A stretch of 64,000 nucleotides of DNA from a virus. Shown one piece after another: positions 10,433 through 20,056 of the stretch (within the stretch, counting starts at the first letter, position 1; every line of letters starts with the position of its first letter). The stretch is taken from IMG/VR virus record IMGVR_UViG_3300026519_000008, positions 28,374 through 92,373 of that record, one strand, 5' to 3'. The notes under the pieces are model-generated. The model ran no database searches. It was not told the origin of the DNA and worked only from the letters and a program-made list of their open reading frames with translations. A program made the position numbers and the translations under genes.

Positions 10433-10888
10433 CTATTTCTGTTGAAGAGCCTTGAACTGTTGTCCAGCCTGACGGATATATGACAAGCGCTGCTTCAAGG
10501 CAGCCTGAATTTCATCCAGAGGCATACTCTGCGCCGCATACTGCTTCATCTGATCATTAACCAAGCCAATAAGATCATCCAGCAAAAGCGCCTCTGTAGG
10601 AGTGATTTTACTATAATCAATGGACTGTCGCACAAACACGGCTACAGCCTCAACAGTCCCGAGCCTCCCACTGTCAATCCCCTTGATGGCCTCGTCAACA
10701 ATCTCGATAAGTCGATCTGTATTCTTGGGAGAATTTTGCAGGAAACGATACGTGGCAGCCTTGTAAGCCAAAGCGATTGTAGGCTGATAATCCTTGTTGT
10801 AATTCTGGAAATCAGTCGCCACACAACCACCGATAACGAGGGCAGTCAATGCAATGACCAGAGCCAGCGACAGGCTGAAGGATCTCAT
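10433..10888 (-). CDS. lipoprotein of unknown function
   Basis: MRSFSLSLALVIALTALVIGG|C signal peptide with lipobox-like end; start re-placed to 10888. Confidence 0.7.
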   Translation of the reverse strand: MRSFSLSLALVIALTALVIGGCVATDFQNYNKDYQPTIALAYKAATYRFLQNSPKNTDRLIEIVDEAIKGIDSGRLGTVEAVAVFVRQSIDYSKITPTEALLLDDLIGLVNDQMKQYAAQSMPLDEIQAALKQRLSYIRQAGQQFKALQQK

Positions 10889-11093
10889 AGAGACGTCTCC
10901 CTTCCGGTAATGGGTAAACAAACGGGTTAACTTCCTCGGGCTTCGCACCATCTCCCCACCATAAAAACGCCTTCGCCTCACCTCCAAACAACTGTAATGT
11001 GAAACCATGACAACGTATCTCGAACCCATCAAGCGTTACCACCCTAGCACGATCAAACGCATTGGATGGAATCAAGATCAATACATCCCTCAT
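10812..11093 (-). CDS. hypothetical protein
   Basis: 93 aa, ATGA overlap with the upstream gene. Confidence 0.45.
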   Translation of the reverse strand: MRDVLILIPSNAFDRARVVTLDGFEIRCHGFTLQLFGGEAKAFLWWGDGAKPEEVNPFVYPLPEGRRLYEILQPVAGSGHCIDCPRYRWLCGD

Positions 11094-12157
11094 CCCAGCT
11101 CCTCCAAAACCAACCGCTTCAACTTAGGCCGAACCTCCTTCCGCCACCACTTGGCCACCTCCGCAGGTCTCATAGTTTTAGACTTCAACCCAGAACACTT
11201 CAGCTCCTCCAACCACCACATACAATCCAGCCATGTAGGCTTAGCCGTAGGAGTCATCTTCAAATAATGCACAGCACCTGGAGGAAAGTAGGCCGACTCC
11301 ATCTGAAACCACAGAAGCTTGAAGTTATCCACCTTGTAGAAAAGATCAGGATAGAACTTTTTAAACCGCCCCATCGCCCTAAGCCCGGGCCGTGTGTGCA
11401 TATCAAAAACATACCAGGGCAGCCCTACCCTGGACAAGGACACACTGCCCAACCTGACCTTATTTGCCAAAATTTGCCCCCTCACATACTCCTTGATTTC
11501 CTTTTCAGGAAGACCCCTCATAGCGATCAAAAGCATCCCCATGATGTAGGTCTTCATATCCCAGGGCATCCCGCCAAGATGCGCCCGAGCCCGCAAGCAC
11601 TCAATGGCCGACATTTCATACTGACTGAGCTTGTGCCGCAATCCTGGATCACCGGGTATGACCCCTTGGTCAATGATCTTGGAGCAAATCAAATCGCCAA
11701 GCTCCCTCAAGGAGGGTGCTAGATCCTTGGTTTTAATTAGCAACCTTGCAACATACCTGGCCTCACTCAGCTCAGGGTGCTCACCCCGCTCCTCAGGAGT
11801 ATGGGTAGCCACTGCAAGAAGTCCCCCAAAATCCCGATTCTTGGCCAGCAGGGTGAGTTTTAGAATGAACCGCTTGTAGCATATCTTCTCAGCCTCAGGC
11901 TCATTAGGCACTGCCGCCAAAAACCGAGCAAGCTCACCTGTCATATAGCTTACGTCTTCCGCCACAAGTACATGAATCCGCCATTTCAACCAATCTCTAA
12001 ACTTTTTAGCACCCCAGAGCGCCTCAAAGCAGGTGTGAACTAGATTGAGATCCCCCCGTCTTAGTCCCTTTTGTATGCCACTCCTACACCCATACAAGTA
12101 GGTCTCACGAGTCATACCCACCGCCTTTCCAATAATTGTCCGCCAGAACAACCCCAC
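11090..12157 (-). CDS. protein resembling the RarA/MgsA helical lid region, without an ATPase domain
   Basis: SGIQKGLRRGD, WRIHVLVAED, YVFDMHTRPG; true start probably the ATG at 12115. Confidence 0.55.
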   Translation of the reverse strand: MGLFWRTIIGKAVGMTRETYLYGCRSGIQKGLRRGDLNLVHTCFEALWGAKKFRDWLKWRIHVLVAEDVSYMTGELARFLAAVPNEPEAEKICYKRFILKLTLLAKNRDFGGLLAVATHTPEERGEHPELSEARYVARLLIKTKDLAPSLRELGDLICSKIIDQGVIPGDPGLRHKLSQYEMSAIECLRARAHLGGMPWDMKTYIMGMLLIAMRGLPEKEIKEYVRGQILANKVRLGSVSLSRVGLPWYVFDMHTRPGLRAMGRFKKFYPDLFYKVDNFKLLWFQMESAYFPPGAVHYLKMTPTAKPTWLDCMWWLEELKCSGLKSKTMRPAEVAKWWRKEVRPKLKRLVLEELG

Positions 12158-12185
12158 CCTACCAAAAACACGCCTGTATTGTCAA
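12156..12185 (-). promoter_or_regulatory. sigma70-type promoter TTGACA-N18-TAGGGT
   Basis: Perfect -35, TG-extended weak -10, intergenic. Confidence 0.55.
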
Positions 12186-12194
12186 CAACAAGTA

Positions 12195-12380
12195 TCACGC
12201 AAACGAAGACGATAGATTCTTCCGCTTCCGCCTACAAGGCTCACAGAACTTTTTCGGGATAGTTTTGCCGTCGAAATGCACCATTGCTTTATGCTTACGA
12301 CCACACATAGGACATACTACGTCCAATGCTTTGTACTGAGAATTTCTGTGGTAACGAATATACTGATCCTTTGTGCTCAT
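12195..12380 (-). CDS. small CxxC...CxxC zinc-ribbon protein
   Basis: CPMC...CEPC; start re-placed downstream of the terminator. Confidence 0.6.
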   Translation of the reverse strand: MSTKDQYIRYHRNSQYKALDVVCPMCGRKHKAMVHFDGKTIPKKFCEPCRRKRKNLSSSFA

Positions 12381-12391
12381 ACCACAACTCC

Positions 12392-12430
12392 AAACAAAAA
12401 CAGGGGAAGAGCCTACGCCCTTCCCCTGTT
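12392..12430 (-). terminator. intrinsic terminator
   Basis: AACAGGGGAAG/CTTCCCCTGTT stem followed by TTTGTTT. Confidence 0.7.
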
Positions 12431-12453
12431 CAAACCACACACCGGATCAACTC

Positions 12454-13473
12454 CTAGTCATCGCTGAGCAGTGCGTCAATTTCGTCCTGACTCATTGCAC
12501 TCTCGTCATCATCCTCCACGGCAACGTCAATTTCCTCAGCCGTATCCACCTCAACCTCACCGCCGGAGGTATCATCTTCCAGCACAGCCTCAACCTGCGC
12601 CTCGTCAGCACCGCCGACCACCTGAAGCTCCACACCGAACTGCCGACCGATGTAATCCACCCACTCCTCCAGAGTGCTACTGGACAGCCCGGCCTGCTTC
12701 ATTCGCAACCAATCACTGCAAATGTAATGGAACGCCTCATGGGGGTCCTCATCACTGCCGATCTCCTTGTACGCCTCCTGAAGGGCATCGGCCACCGTCT
12801 CAGCCGCCAGAGCCTCGAACTTCAGGGTCATCCTCATCACGGCAGCCTTGGCCTTCCGCGCCTTGGTAGCCTTTACCTCGCCGGGAACCCCCTCCTCCCC
12901 GGCAGTCTCACGAATGGCCTTCTTGGCAGCTTCAGTCCGAAGCAGATCCTTCAGGTCACTGAGAGAGTGCTCCTCAGCCAGACCGAGCATCCGCTCAACT
13001 TCCGAATCCACTTCCTCACCCTCAGGAAGAGCCAACATGGGCCGAGCGATCTGGGCCATCTTGGCCCATCCGATATGGGCGATCTTTTCCTTGGACAGGC
13101 CGTACTTCAGGATAACACGGCCAATGTCCACCAGGTGCTTTCCAGTCCGATAGCTGATGTCCAGCTCCGTCTCACAATATTCCTCAAAAGACGCAAACGG
13201 AGTGCCATCAGCCTTGGTCCAGATGGTGTAGAAGCCCTCATCATACGCTTCCCGCAGGTGAACCGCCATATCGAAGAAAGATTCGTTGACCCTCTCACGG
13301 GCCTTACGAAGCTGCCTCCTACACGACTCAGCCCGCTTCACCACCGACTTTGCCGGGGCCTTGACAAGCTCCCCAGCCACCGCCGCGCTCTCCTCCTTCG
13401 CAGGAACCTTCTTCTTCTTGGTTCCCGCAGCCTTGACAGTTTTCCTAGCCGCCTTCTGCTTACTCTCCGCCAT
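12454..13473 (-). CDS. hypothetical protein, possibly DNA-binding (basic N-terminus, acidic C-terminus)
   Basis: 339 aa; FEEYCETELDISYRTGKHLV HTH-like segment; has its own promoter and terminator. Confidence 0.7.
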   Translation of the reverse strand: MAESKQKAARKTVKAAGTKKKKVPAKEESAAVAGELVKAPAKSVVKRAESCRRQLRKARERVNESFFDMAVHLREAYDEGFYTIWTKADGTPFASFEEYCETELDISYRTGKHLVDIGRVILKYGLSKEKIAHIGWAKMAQIARPMLALPEGEEVDSEVERMLGLAEEHSLSDLKDLLRTEAAKKAIRETAGEEGVPGEVKATKARKAKAAVMRMTLKFEALAAETVADALQEAYKEIGSDEDPHEAFHYICSDWLRMKQAGLSSSTLEEWVDYIGRQFGVELQVVGGADEAQVEAVLEDDTSGGEVEVDTAEEIDVAVEDDDESAMSQDEIDALLSDD

Positions 13474-13510
13474 GTTCTCGCCTCCTACTGTGTGGGGTTA
13501 ATGTACCCTC

Positions 13511-13540
13511 ACCATACCACCGGGTACACTGAATTGTCAA
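13511..13540 (-). promoter_or_regulatory. sigma70-type promoter TTGACA-N18-TATGGT
   Basis: Intergenic; 14-bp palindrome 9 bp upstream of the -35. Confidence 0.7.
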
Positions 13541-13560
13541 ACAAAAAGGTGAAATCAATT

Positions 13561-16479
13561 TCATTTTACCGGACGCAACCTTCTGGAAGACTTCCTCCGC
13601 TTTCCAACCTCGGCATCCGACGATGCCTTTTGGAACCTGGTACCAAGGAACTCTCGAAAGCTATCCACGTCCTCCTTGTGAGTATCAGCCAACGGGATCA
13701 GAGTTTTACACACCTCCACAATGTCGTCAGTTGTCACCTCCCTATACTCCCCCTCCTCATCCGCAAATGCGTTGTACATAGCCTCATCAATCACCGACTC
13801 AATCTCAGCCCCCACAAATCCCTCAGACACATGTGCCATAGCCTCGATATTGAAATCCTCAGGGTCCCTCCCGCGTTTCCTCAAGTGAATCTCAAAGATC
13901 ATCATGCGCTCTTGGAAGGTAGGTAGATCCACCCCGAACACAGCATCCCACCGCCCACGCCGAGTCAGAGCAGGGTCAAGATTCCTGATCGTGTTACAAG
14001 TTGCAATCTTCATGATGGGGGCTTTACATTCCTGCATCCAGGTCATCAATGTACCGATCACCCTGGACGTCACCCCAGAATCAGATTGCCCAGAAGAATC
14101 AAGCCCAGCCACAGCTTTTTCGAACTCATCAAAGACAAGGATACAGTTATGAGTAATAATCCCGTTGGCAATAAACGAGCGTGTTGCATCACCAGAACAG
14201 ACTAAATCGTATACAACCTCCAACCCAACCGGCTCAATCGAGTCAATCCTAACCCAACGACACTCCAGATCCAAAAGGCTACCCAAAACAGTAGCCTCTT
14301 TACCTATACGTTCAACATATATACCCAACAACCGTTCAGATAGAACCCGCTTACCCAATTCCACTTCCCATGTCTGAGAAGTGGACAATCCTAATTCACT
14401 ATGGGATTTACAAGAGTTCTCCCTGGCATTCTTTAGCAACTTACCACAGGCAAACCCCGTCCCACGAGACAATTTAGCAGTTCTATTGGCAAGAACAAAA
14501 CACCGCTTTTTCTTCTCAGGATGCCTCAAGAACCTGCCAACCAGTCCGGCCAACTTAACGGCCTCAGTCCCACAGATAAACAACGAAGCCCCAGACAGAT
14601 CGCCAGGAATAACACCTACAGATAGCAGTAACGACCTATACAAATGGAACCTATGAGGATGAGCACCGAACGAAAACGCAATGCTAATCCTGCCATCCTC
14701 TGTGACCGTACCATCAGAATCAATCAAAGATGCTAGAGCAGCAACCCTAGCCTCACGTGGAAACAATAACACATGCCTCCACGCCTCAGCAATAAACTGA
14801 GCAGCAATCTTGGACGAAAAATAAACCACATGGCTAGACTTAGTGGCCGCAACAGTTCTACCATTGACAACTGTTGTTGGAATATCCTCCACACATGTTT
14901 CATACCTAGAAGTCTCAACCCCAAACAACTTAAACACGGCCTTCGCAAAATAATCAATAAGCTCAGACTCAGCATTAACAAACCTAATCTGACCATTAGA
15001 TACCGAACCGTCCCCCTCAGTCACAGCCGCCAACACCCAAGCTAATTCCGGAGTCACATCCTTGGGCAACTTTGGAATTCTAGAATCCATCCATCCGCCA
15101 CGCCCCCGGCGCAGTTCACCCTTAACACGCCTCAATTTATCCGGCCAATACTTTGAAACATCTGGATCACCTTCTAACCCCTGAATCGGCACAGCCAGCA
15201 TATCACCTGGACTCAATTCATCTGTTCTAACCCACTCAGGCAAGCCGCCCCGCATAACCAGATGCTGATGATTACCAGTTGATTTAATCGAGAACCCCCT
15301 AGCAGCATTGATGGCAAAAACAGGTGCCTCACGTTTCGTCACCGCCGTGACGTCAGTTGTAGTTATTTTACCCTCCAGTTCATCCCACGCCACCACCGTA
15401 AGATCACCAGTTCTACAAAACTCGGCATACAACTCTTCAATTTCTACCACCCGCCCATCACCTGTCCAAACAACCGTGTCACCAGTAACGCAGGGGGCAG
15501 CAGTTTCTGCAATTTTCAGGGCCAACCTGATTTCTTCCTCAGACTGTCCCACATAGCCCTTGAATACAGACGCAATATCAAACTTGTACAACGGAAGCCC
15601 GGTAGCCTGAGCCGCAGCCTTGGCTATCAGGGACTTTCCCACACCCGGAAGGCCGATGATCATCACGCCCTTTGGAGGGGCCAGTCCATAATCACGGGCC
15701 TTCTTGGTGAAGAACTTCCTCCTCTTATAAAAGTATTCCTTGAGCAGGTCAAGCCCCCCGACGTCATCCATCGTTTCACTGACAGGCATAAATTGCAATG
15801 CACCAGACGACCGCTGAATGGATTGCTTCTTTTGTGCCTGGATCAATTCCATATCCAGACACCTTGACTCCACAATAGACAGAGCACAAGAAGACTCAGC
15901 CACAAAAGCCGACATCCCCACCGCACAATCCGCCGCTCTTTCCAGATCATCAGCAGTCACCTTCTCAGCCACCGCCTTGGCCGACTTGACCATATCACTG
16001 AATACCTCTTTCAGGTACTCACGATCAGGCAGTGGAAAATCTACCGTCATTACAATGTCAGTCAGCTCCTCAGGAACCCTGGAATCACCACCAATAATAA
16101 TGATGGCCCCGCCAACGGTTCGCAGCCGCCAAGCAACATCCAGCATCAACTGGATAGCAGCAGGCTCATCCATAAAAAATCTAGGATTGTAGAAAATGAA
16201 GATGGACTCCTGTGTCTCCTCCGACTGATCCATGATCCATTCAAGCGAACTCGTAAAATCAGAAGCCAGGGACGAAGTATCAAAGTCCCAAGTTGGGCTG
16301 AAAGGGGTCAGCCCCGTAGTCACCCGCCATTGATACAGAGACAGCTTGGATAGCTCTGGGTCCTCACCCAACTCATCCAAGATCCCCACCGTTGCCCTTT
16401 CAAACTCCAGTGTCCGCACCCACAGGCACGGAAATCCTGCCCTGAGATACGAGGTGATCCGCCCTTGCTTTTTCTGCAC
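13561..16479 (-). CDS. Ycf46-like AAA+ ATPase with intein
   Basis: DVGGLDLLK, PKG..IIGLPGVGKSL, GYVGQSE, APC[intein]CILVFDEFEK, RRGRWD..F.VDLP, GAEIE; inactive N-terminal AAA-like domain. Confidence 0.9.
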   Translation of the reverse strand: MQKKQGRITSYLRAGFPCLWVRTLEFERATVGILDELGEDPELSKLSLYQWRVTTGLTPFSPTWDFDTSSLASDFTSSLEWIMDQSEETQESIFIFYNPRFFMDEPAAIQLMLDVAWRLRTVGGAIIIIGGDSRVPEELTDIVMTVDFPLPDREYLKEVFSDMVKSAKAVAEKVTADDLERAADCAVGMSAFVAESSCALSIVESRCLDMELIQAQKKQSIQRSSGALQFMPVSETMDDVGGLDLLKEYFYKRRKFFTKKARDYGLAPPKGVMIIGLPGVGKSLIAKAAAQATGLPLYKFDIASVFKGYVGQSEEEIRLALKIAETAAPCVTGDTVVWTGDGRVVEIEELYAEFCRTGDLTVVAWDELEGKITTTDVTAVTKREAPVFAINAARGFSIKSTGNHQHLVMRGGLPEWVRTDELSPGDMLAVPIQGLEGDPDVSKYWPDKLRRVKGELRRGRGGWMDSRIPKLPKDVTPELAWVLAAVTEGDGSVSNGQIRFVNAESELIDYFAKAVFKLFGVETSRYETCVEDIPTTVVNGRTVAATKSSHVVYFSSKIAAQFIAEAWRHVLLFPREARVAALASLIDSDGTVTEDGRISIAFSFGAHPHRFHLYRSLLLSVGVIPGDLSGASLFICGTEAVKLAGLVGRFLRHPEKKKRCFVLANRTAKLSRGTGFACGKLLKNARENSCKSHSELGLSTSQTWEVELGKRVLSERLLGIYVERIGKEATVLGSLLDLECRWVRIDSIEPVGLEVVYDLVCSGDATRSFIANGIITHNCILVFDEFEKAVAGLDSSGQSDSGVTSRVIGTLMTWMQECKAPIMKIATCNTIRNLDPALTRRGRWDAVFGVDLPTFQERMMIFEIHLRKRGRDPEDFNIEAMAHVSEGFVGAEIESVIDEAMYNAFADEEGEYREVTTDDIVEVCKTLIPLADTHKEDVDSFREFLGTRFQKASSDAEVGKRRKSSRRLRPVK
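14146..15492 (-). mobile_element. intein with LAGLIDADG homing endonuclease (449 aa)
   Basis: Starts CVTGDT, block B TGNHQH, LAAVTEGDG and LASLIDSDG motifs, ends VYDL...ANGIITHN followed by Cys+1. Confidence 0.93.
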
Positions 16480-16523
16480 TTTCCGCCTCCTTCACATAAA
16501 GGTAAACCAGCCGTCCATTTGAG

Positions 16524-16553
16524 AGTATACATGGATGGCTGGTGAATTGTCAA
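16524..16553 (-). promoter_or_regulatory. sigma70-type promoter TTGACA-N18-TATACT
   Basis: Near-consensus; 14-bp palindrome 3 bp upstream of the -35. Confidence 0.8.
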
Positions 16554-16567
16554 ACCTGAAATCAATT

Positions 16568-17107
16568 TCACGAGTCAGAAAAAGTCACCGGATTGTCTGT
16601 CATCAACTTTTGAACAGCTTCCACCTGAGCCCGATTTAACGGATCAACAGAATACCCCATAGCCGCTGCTATGACCATAGCCATTACCGCAGCATCGGAC
16701 TCATCATTGTTGGCAATCTCGTCACCCCACCTTCTCCGCATGACAGATAAGATTTCAGTTTTTTTCTTACACCCAACAAACTTTTTTACAGTGGCTGGAG
16801 ATATTCTAGCTGGATAACGAACCGTGCTTCTATAAAGCGCGTAACAGAGCATCCCCATCAACTGGTGACGCTCTGTGCTCAAACCGCCACGAAACATGAC
16901 TGGAGGAATTTCGATACACACGAATACATCAGGCTCACCTTCCACCAACGACAACACGTCCCGTGTAATCAACAGCTGCCACTCAAAATAAATACGATCA
17001 TGGTAAGCAGCCCCAATAGAATAAGTTCTGATTTGATCTGGCGCAGCACTATCTATTAACGCAACCCCTGTATTCTTCAGCGAGGGATCAACTCCAACGA
17101 ATAACAT
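16568..17107 (-). CDS. ruvC: RuvC-like Holliday junction resolvase
   Basis: VGVDPSLKNTG, CIE, PATVKKFVG, NDESDA; start at 17107 after GGAGG. Confidence 0.82.
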   Translation of the reverse strand: MLFVGVDPSLKNTGVALIDSAAPDQIRTYSIGAAYHDRIYFEWQLLITRDVLSLVEGEPDVFVCIEIPPVMFRGGLSTERHQLMGMLCYALYRSTVRYPARISPATVKKFVGCKKKTEILSVMRRRWGDEIANNDESDAAVMAMVIAAAMGYSVDPLNRAQVEAVQKLMTDNPVTFSDS

Positions 17108-17120
17108 AACAACCTCCAGA

Positions 17121-18035
17121 TCACACCAGCTGCCTACACAGCCCGACAGCTGCACACGATTTAGCAGTCCAACACGTGAAATTAGAATCAGAACATTCCT
17201 GACTTACATCTGGCAAATACGATGAATCATGAAACCCGCGCGTGAAAGATTCAAATTTATCAACTACTACCTTTTCAAATATCTCAGCACGTTCAACAAC
17301 AAAGGTCTTAATAGGAAGCTCTTTGACAGAATGACCCTTACTGATATACATCAAAAACGCACGATCGGTATCTACTTTTACAGGTAGTCCGTCTGTATCG
17401 TGCTCAAGCAGCATAAGATACGCAACGACCTGGAGGATATGATCACCAACCGGACGTTTCAAATCCTTAAACCTATCCGCCGCCATCGTTTTGAAATCAG
17501 CTACCCTGAACCTCCCCTTGGCAACCTCCAACAGCATATCGATATGACCAGAGGCACGCCAGGGAGAGTCCATTAAGATTTCGTGCTCACGATACACAAT
17601 GGCCTTTTTGTACGCACGGCATTTTTTGCATTTATTCTTAGGCGGCCTTCCGAAACGTCTGTGCCCACAAGCTGTGCACTCCCACCACCCGATCCTACGC
17701 TCCCCGAAATAAGTATCCCCTGGAGAGTTCTGTAGAAAGTAATGGACAGCGTTACCAATATCAAACGTCACACGCTGCGGGAGGGATAGACGCTCTTTCC
17801 TGTTGAGATCATTCCTCCATCCCAACAACAACTCCCTGACACACACCTTCCCGATCGACGACGCTCTGATTCTTGTAGCATACTCAGAATCAGACATTCC
17901 CCCAACGTGCATGAGTTTCCACGTCAGGGCATTTGGATTCGTAATCGAATCAAGCTCAAGGCGGCCACCAACCCCGTGCCGAATTCTGAGTTTACGCTTC
18001 CTACCTAACAATTTTAGCCGCTCCCCCCAAAGCAC
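17121..18035 (-). CDS. PD-(D/E)xK / Cas4-like exonuclease
   Basis: RASS...C, GNAVH, GHID, DFKT, QVVAY, C-terminal Cys cluster. Confidence 0.78.
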   Translation of the reverse strand: MLWGERLKLLGRKRKLRIRHGVGGRLELDSITNPNALTWKLMHVGGMSDSEYATRIRASSIGKVCVRELLLGWRNDLNRKERLSLPQRVTFDIGNAVHYFLQNSPGDTYFGERRIGWWECTACGHRRFGRPPKNKCKKCRAYKKAIVYREHEILMDSPWRASGHIDMLLEVAKGRFRVADFKTMAADRFKDLKRPVGDHILQVVAYLMLLEHDTDGLPVKVDTDRAFLMYISKGHSVKELPIKTFVVERAEIFEKVVVDKFESFTRGFHDSSYLPDVSQECSDSNFTCWTAKSCAAVGLCRQLV

Positions 18036-18543
18036 GGGCCTGTTTGAAAAAACTCACCCGAAACCTCCACGGGATTAAAAGTAACCTATCACGCCCCATA
18101 TAACTCAACATACTGCCGAACAGCTTCTTAGACCCCAACGACCACGGACCCTTAACCTCCACCCACACATGTCGTTCTGGCAGCCAAAAATCAGGAATAT
18201 AAATCTTACCAGACATGTCATCCATAAACTGATGAGGCTCATACTCCAACCTGAGACGCCACTTGCGTGAAAGAACCTCAGCCACAGTTCCCTCAAATAC
18301 AGATCTAAAATGAGTATGTAAAACTGGGGAAAAGTAAGCGTGACCCGCATCCTGGGCAGTGAGGGCTTTCCGCCCGCCCTCCTCCACCAGGCGCTCATAA
18401 TCAGAATCTATACCATTGGATCTATTGACCAAGAATTCATGAATGCAGCTGACCGAACAAAACTGAATGGCCTCCCTGTGAACCCCAACCCCCTCACCCT
18501 GCTCCAACACGATCAACCGACCACATACACCACAGACCATCAT
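18001..18543 (-). CDS. PD-(D/E)xK endonuclease with N-terminal zinc finger
   Basis: CGVC...FCS..C; FRSVFE, YEP, YIPDF, VEVKG. Confidence 0.75.
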   Translation of the reverse strand: MMVCGVCGRLIVLEQGEGVGVHREAIQFCSVSCIHEFLVNRSNGIDSDYERLVEEGGRKALTAQDAGHAYFSPVLHTHFRSVFEGTVAEVLSRKWRLRLEYEPHQFMDDMSGKIYIPDFWLPERHVWVEVKGPWSLGSKKLFGSMLSYMGRDRLLLIPWRFRVSFFKQARALGGAAKIVR

Positions 18544-19694
18544 GTGGCATCTCCGGCCTTGAACTTTACCACCTTAGAATTATCCTCAAGAGTGCTGATG
18601 AATCGTCTTTTCGCCTTTTGTACTACTACCCACTTAAGAACCAACCCCTGCTCAAAACCATCACCAACAAAAAAATCATGCAACGATGCTAGCGTCTTAA
18701 AAACAGCTCCGTTGAAATGATAACCATCAGACTGCTTTTTAAGTAACCCTAGATCCCGGGCATACTTAATAGTAGCCTTCATATCCAACGGAAGACCTGG
18801 AACATATGCATCAGTCCTGCGAACTGCAAGCTTATACTCAGCCTTCCCACTTAGAATCACAAGCTGCTGCTTTGCCCCCTGCCCCAACAACGAAACTGAA
18901 AACCGAAGGGCATCCTTCATGTTCTCAGATTTGTTCACATCATCTGAATCTGCTGCCAGCTGATTTATACGAGCCGACAACCTATACCCATGCTTTGACG
19001 CAAACCCCCCAGGGGTTGTCTCATTAGACCCATACGACATTCCGCCGATCTTAGTTCGGACTTGATTGAGAAACAACACACTGACTCTATGCCCAAGCCT
19101 AAGCTCTTTGGTCAGGATAGCCCGCACCCGCATTACGAATCTAGCAATTAATCTGGCCTGCTCACCAACACTCAAATCCAAATACGAACGTTCCAATTCC
19201 TTCTTCGGAACAAGGCCAGCCAACGAGTCTAAAACAACCAAACCGCAATCAGGGTCCCTCACAGCTAACTCAACCTGAGTGCATGCCTCCTCACCATACT
19301 CAGGCACCCCAAGGTACATATGCTTATCAGCGTCATACCCAAGCAGGTCAAACCAGTAAGGGTCAGGCTTGCCTTCGGTAGAACACCAAAAAGTTTGCAG
19401 GACCTTCTTCTCCCCGCAATTACAAACCGACAAGGGACGAAGGCAGGAATTACACGTGTGGGCCAAACCTTTGGCGAACAGGATGGCCAGCGTAGACTTC
19501 CCGCCGGTGGGTGGACCGTAGAACTGAGAAATGATATTGAACGGAATCCCCCCACCGAACGCATAATCTACAGGAAATACATAACAAGGGAGCCGGTCAT
19601 AATCCTCAAACATCACTCGTCCGTCAGAATGACCGACTCCCCGCTGAACAGTATCGTACTTCTCAACCAACTTGTTCAGGTTGCTACCCATCAA
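18540..19694 (-). CDS. recA: RecA/UvsX-like recombinase
   Basis: GGGIP, YGPPTGGKST, VVLDSLAGL, GEQARL, FLNQVRTKIG, TPGG. Confidence 0.9.
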   Translation of the reverse strand: MMGSNLNKLVEKYDTVQRGVGHSDGRVMFEDYDRLPCYVFPVDYAFGGGIPFNIISQFYGPPTGGKSTLAILFAKGLAHTCNSCLRPLSVCNCGEKKVLQTFWCSTEGKPDPYWFDLLGYDADKHMYLGVPEYGEEACTQVELAVRDPDCGLVVLDSLAGLVPKKELERSYLDLSVGEQARLIARFVMRVRAILTKELRLGHRVSVLFLNQVRTKIGGMSYGSNETTPGGFASKHGYRLSARINQLAADSDDVNKSENMKDALRFSVSLLGQGAKQQLVILSGKAEYKLAVRRTDAYVPGLPLDMKATIKYARDLGLLKKQSDGYHFNGAVFKTLASLHDFFVGDGFEQGLVLKWVVVQKAKRRFISTLEDNSKVVKFKAGDAT

Positions 19695-20056
19695 AGGTCC
19701 TCCAAAGAGCCAGAATGCGCTTTTTCGATCCTGTCAACCTCCCTGCTTACCAACTTTTCTACCGCATTACGTGTCTTCGTATAAACCGAGACAATCTCTT
19801 CCTTGTAACACGGCATGGTCAGCATCACGTCAATACGGACCGACTCAAAATCCCCGATATTGATAGTCCGCCCGAACTTGACCGACACACTGGCCGGAGT
19901 AGTAACAAAAGGTCTAACCTGTATTTTCTCCATCTCCTCCGTCGTCTGCCCCAACACCGTCCGTGTTACTAGAAGTGTCCCCTCCCGTTCTTGCAAGGAG
20001 TTTTTCATACTTTTTACCGATGTCGAACTCTGGGAACCGCCCTTCTTCTGAGACAT
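19691..20056 (-). CDS. conserved phage hypothetical protein
   Basis: GRTINIGDFESVRIDV pattern; GGAGGAGG SD. Confidence 0.7.
   Translation of the reverse strand: MSQKKGGSQSSTSVKSMKNSLQEREGTLLVTRTVLGQTTEEMEKIQVRPFVTTPASVSVKFGRTINIGDFESVRIDVMLTMPCYKEEIVSVYTKTRNAVEKLVSREVDRIEKAHSGSLEDL

Noticed and set aside
12373-13926. Long plus-strand ORFs (e.g. 12373..13926, 1214..2113, 44899..46008)
   Set aside because: They are antisense shadows of well-supported minus-strand genes and have no recognisable motifs.
17121-18035. Cas4 as evidence of a CRISPR-Cas system
   Set aside because: No other cas genes or array; stand-alone Cas4-like nucleases are common in phage recombination modules.
19914-20056. 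143-nt gene overlap as a dual-coding signal
   Set aside because: The overlapping tail is low-complexity and most simply a stop-loss extension.
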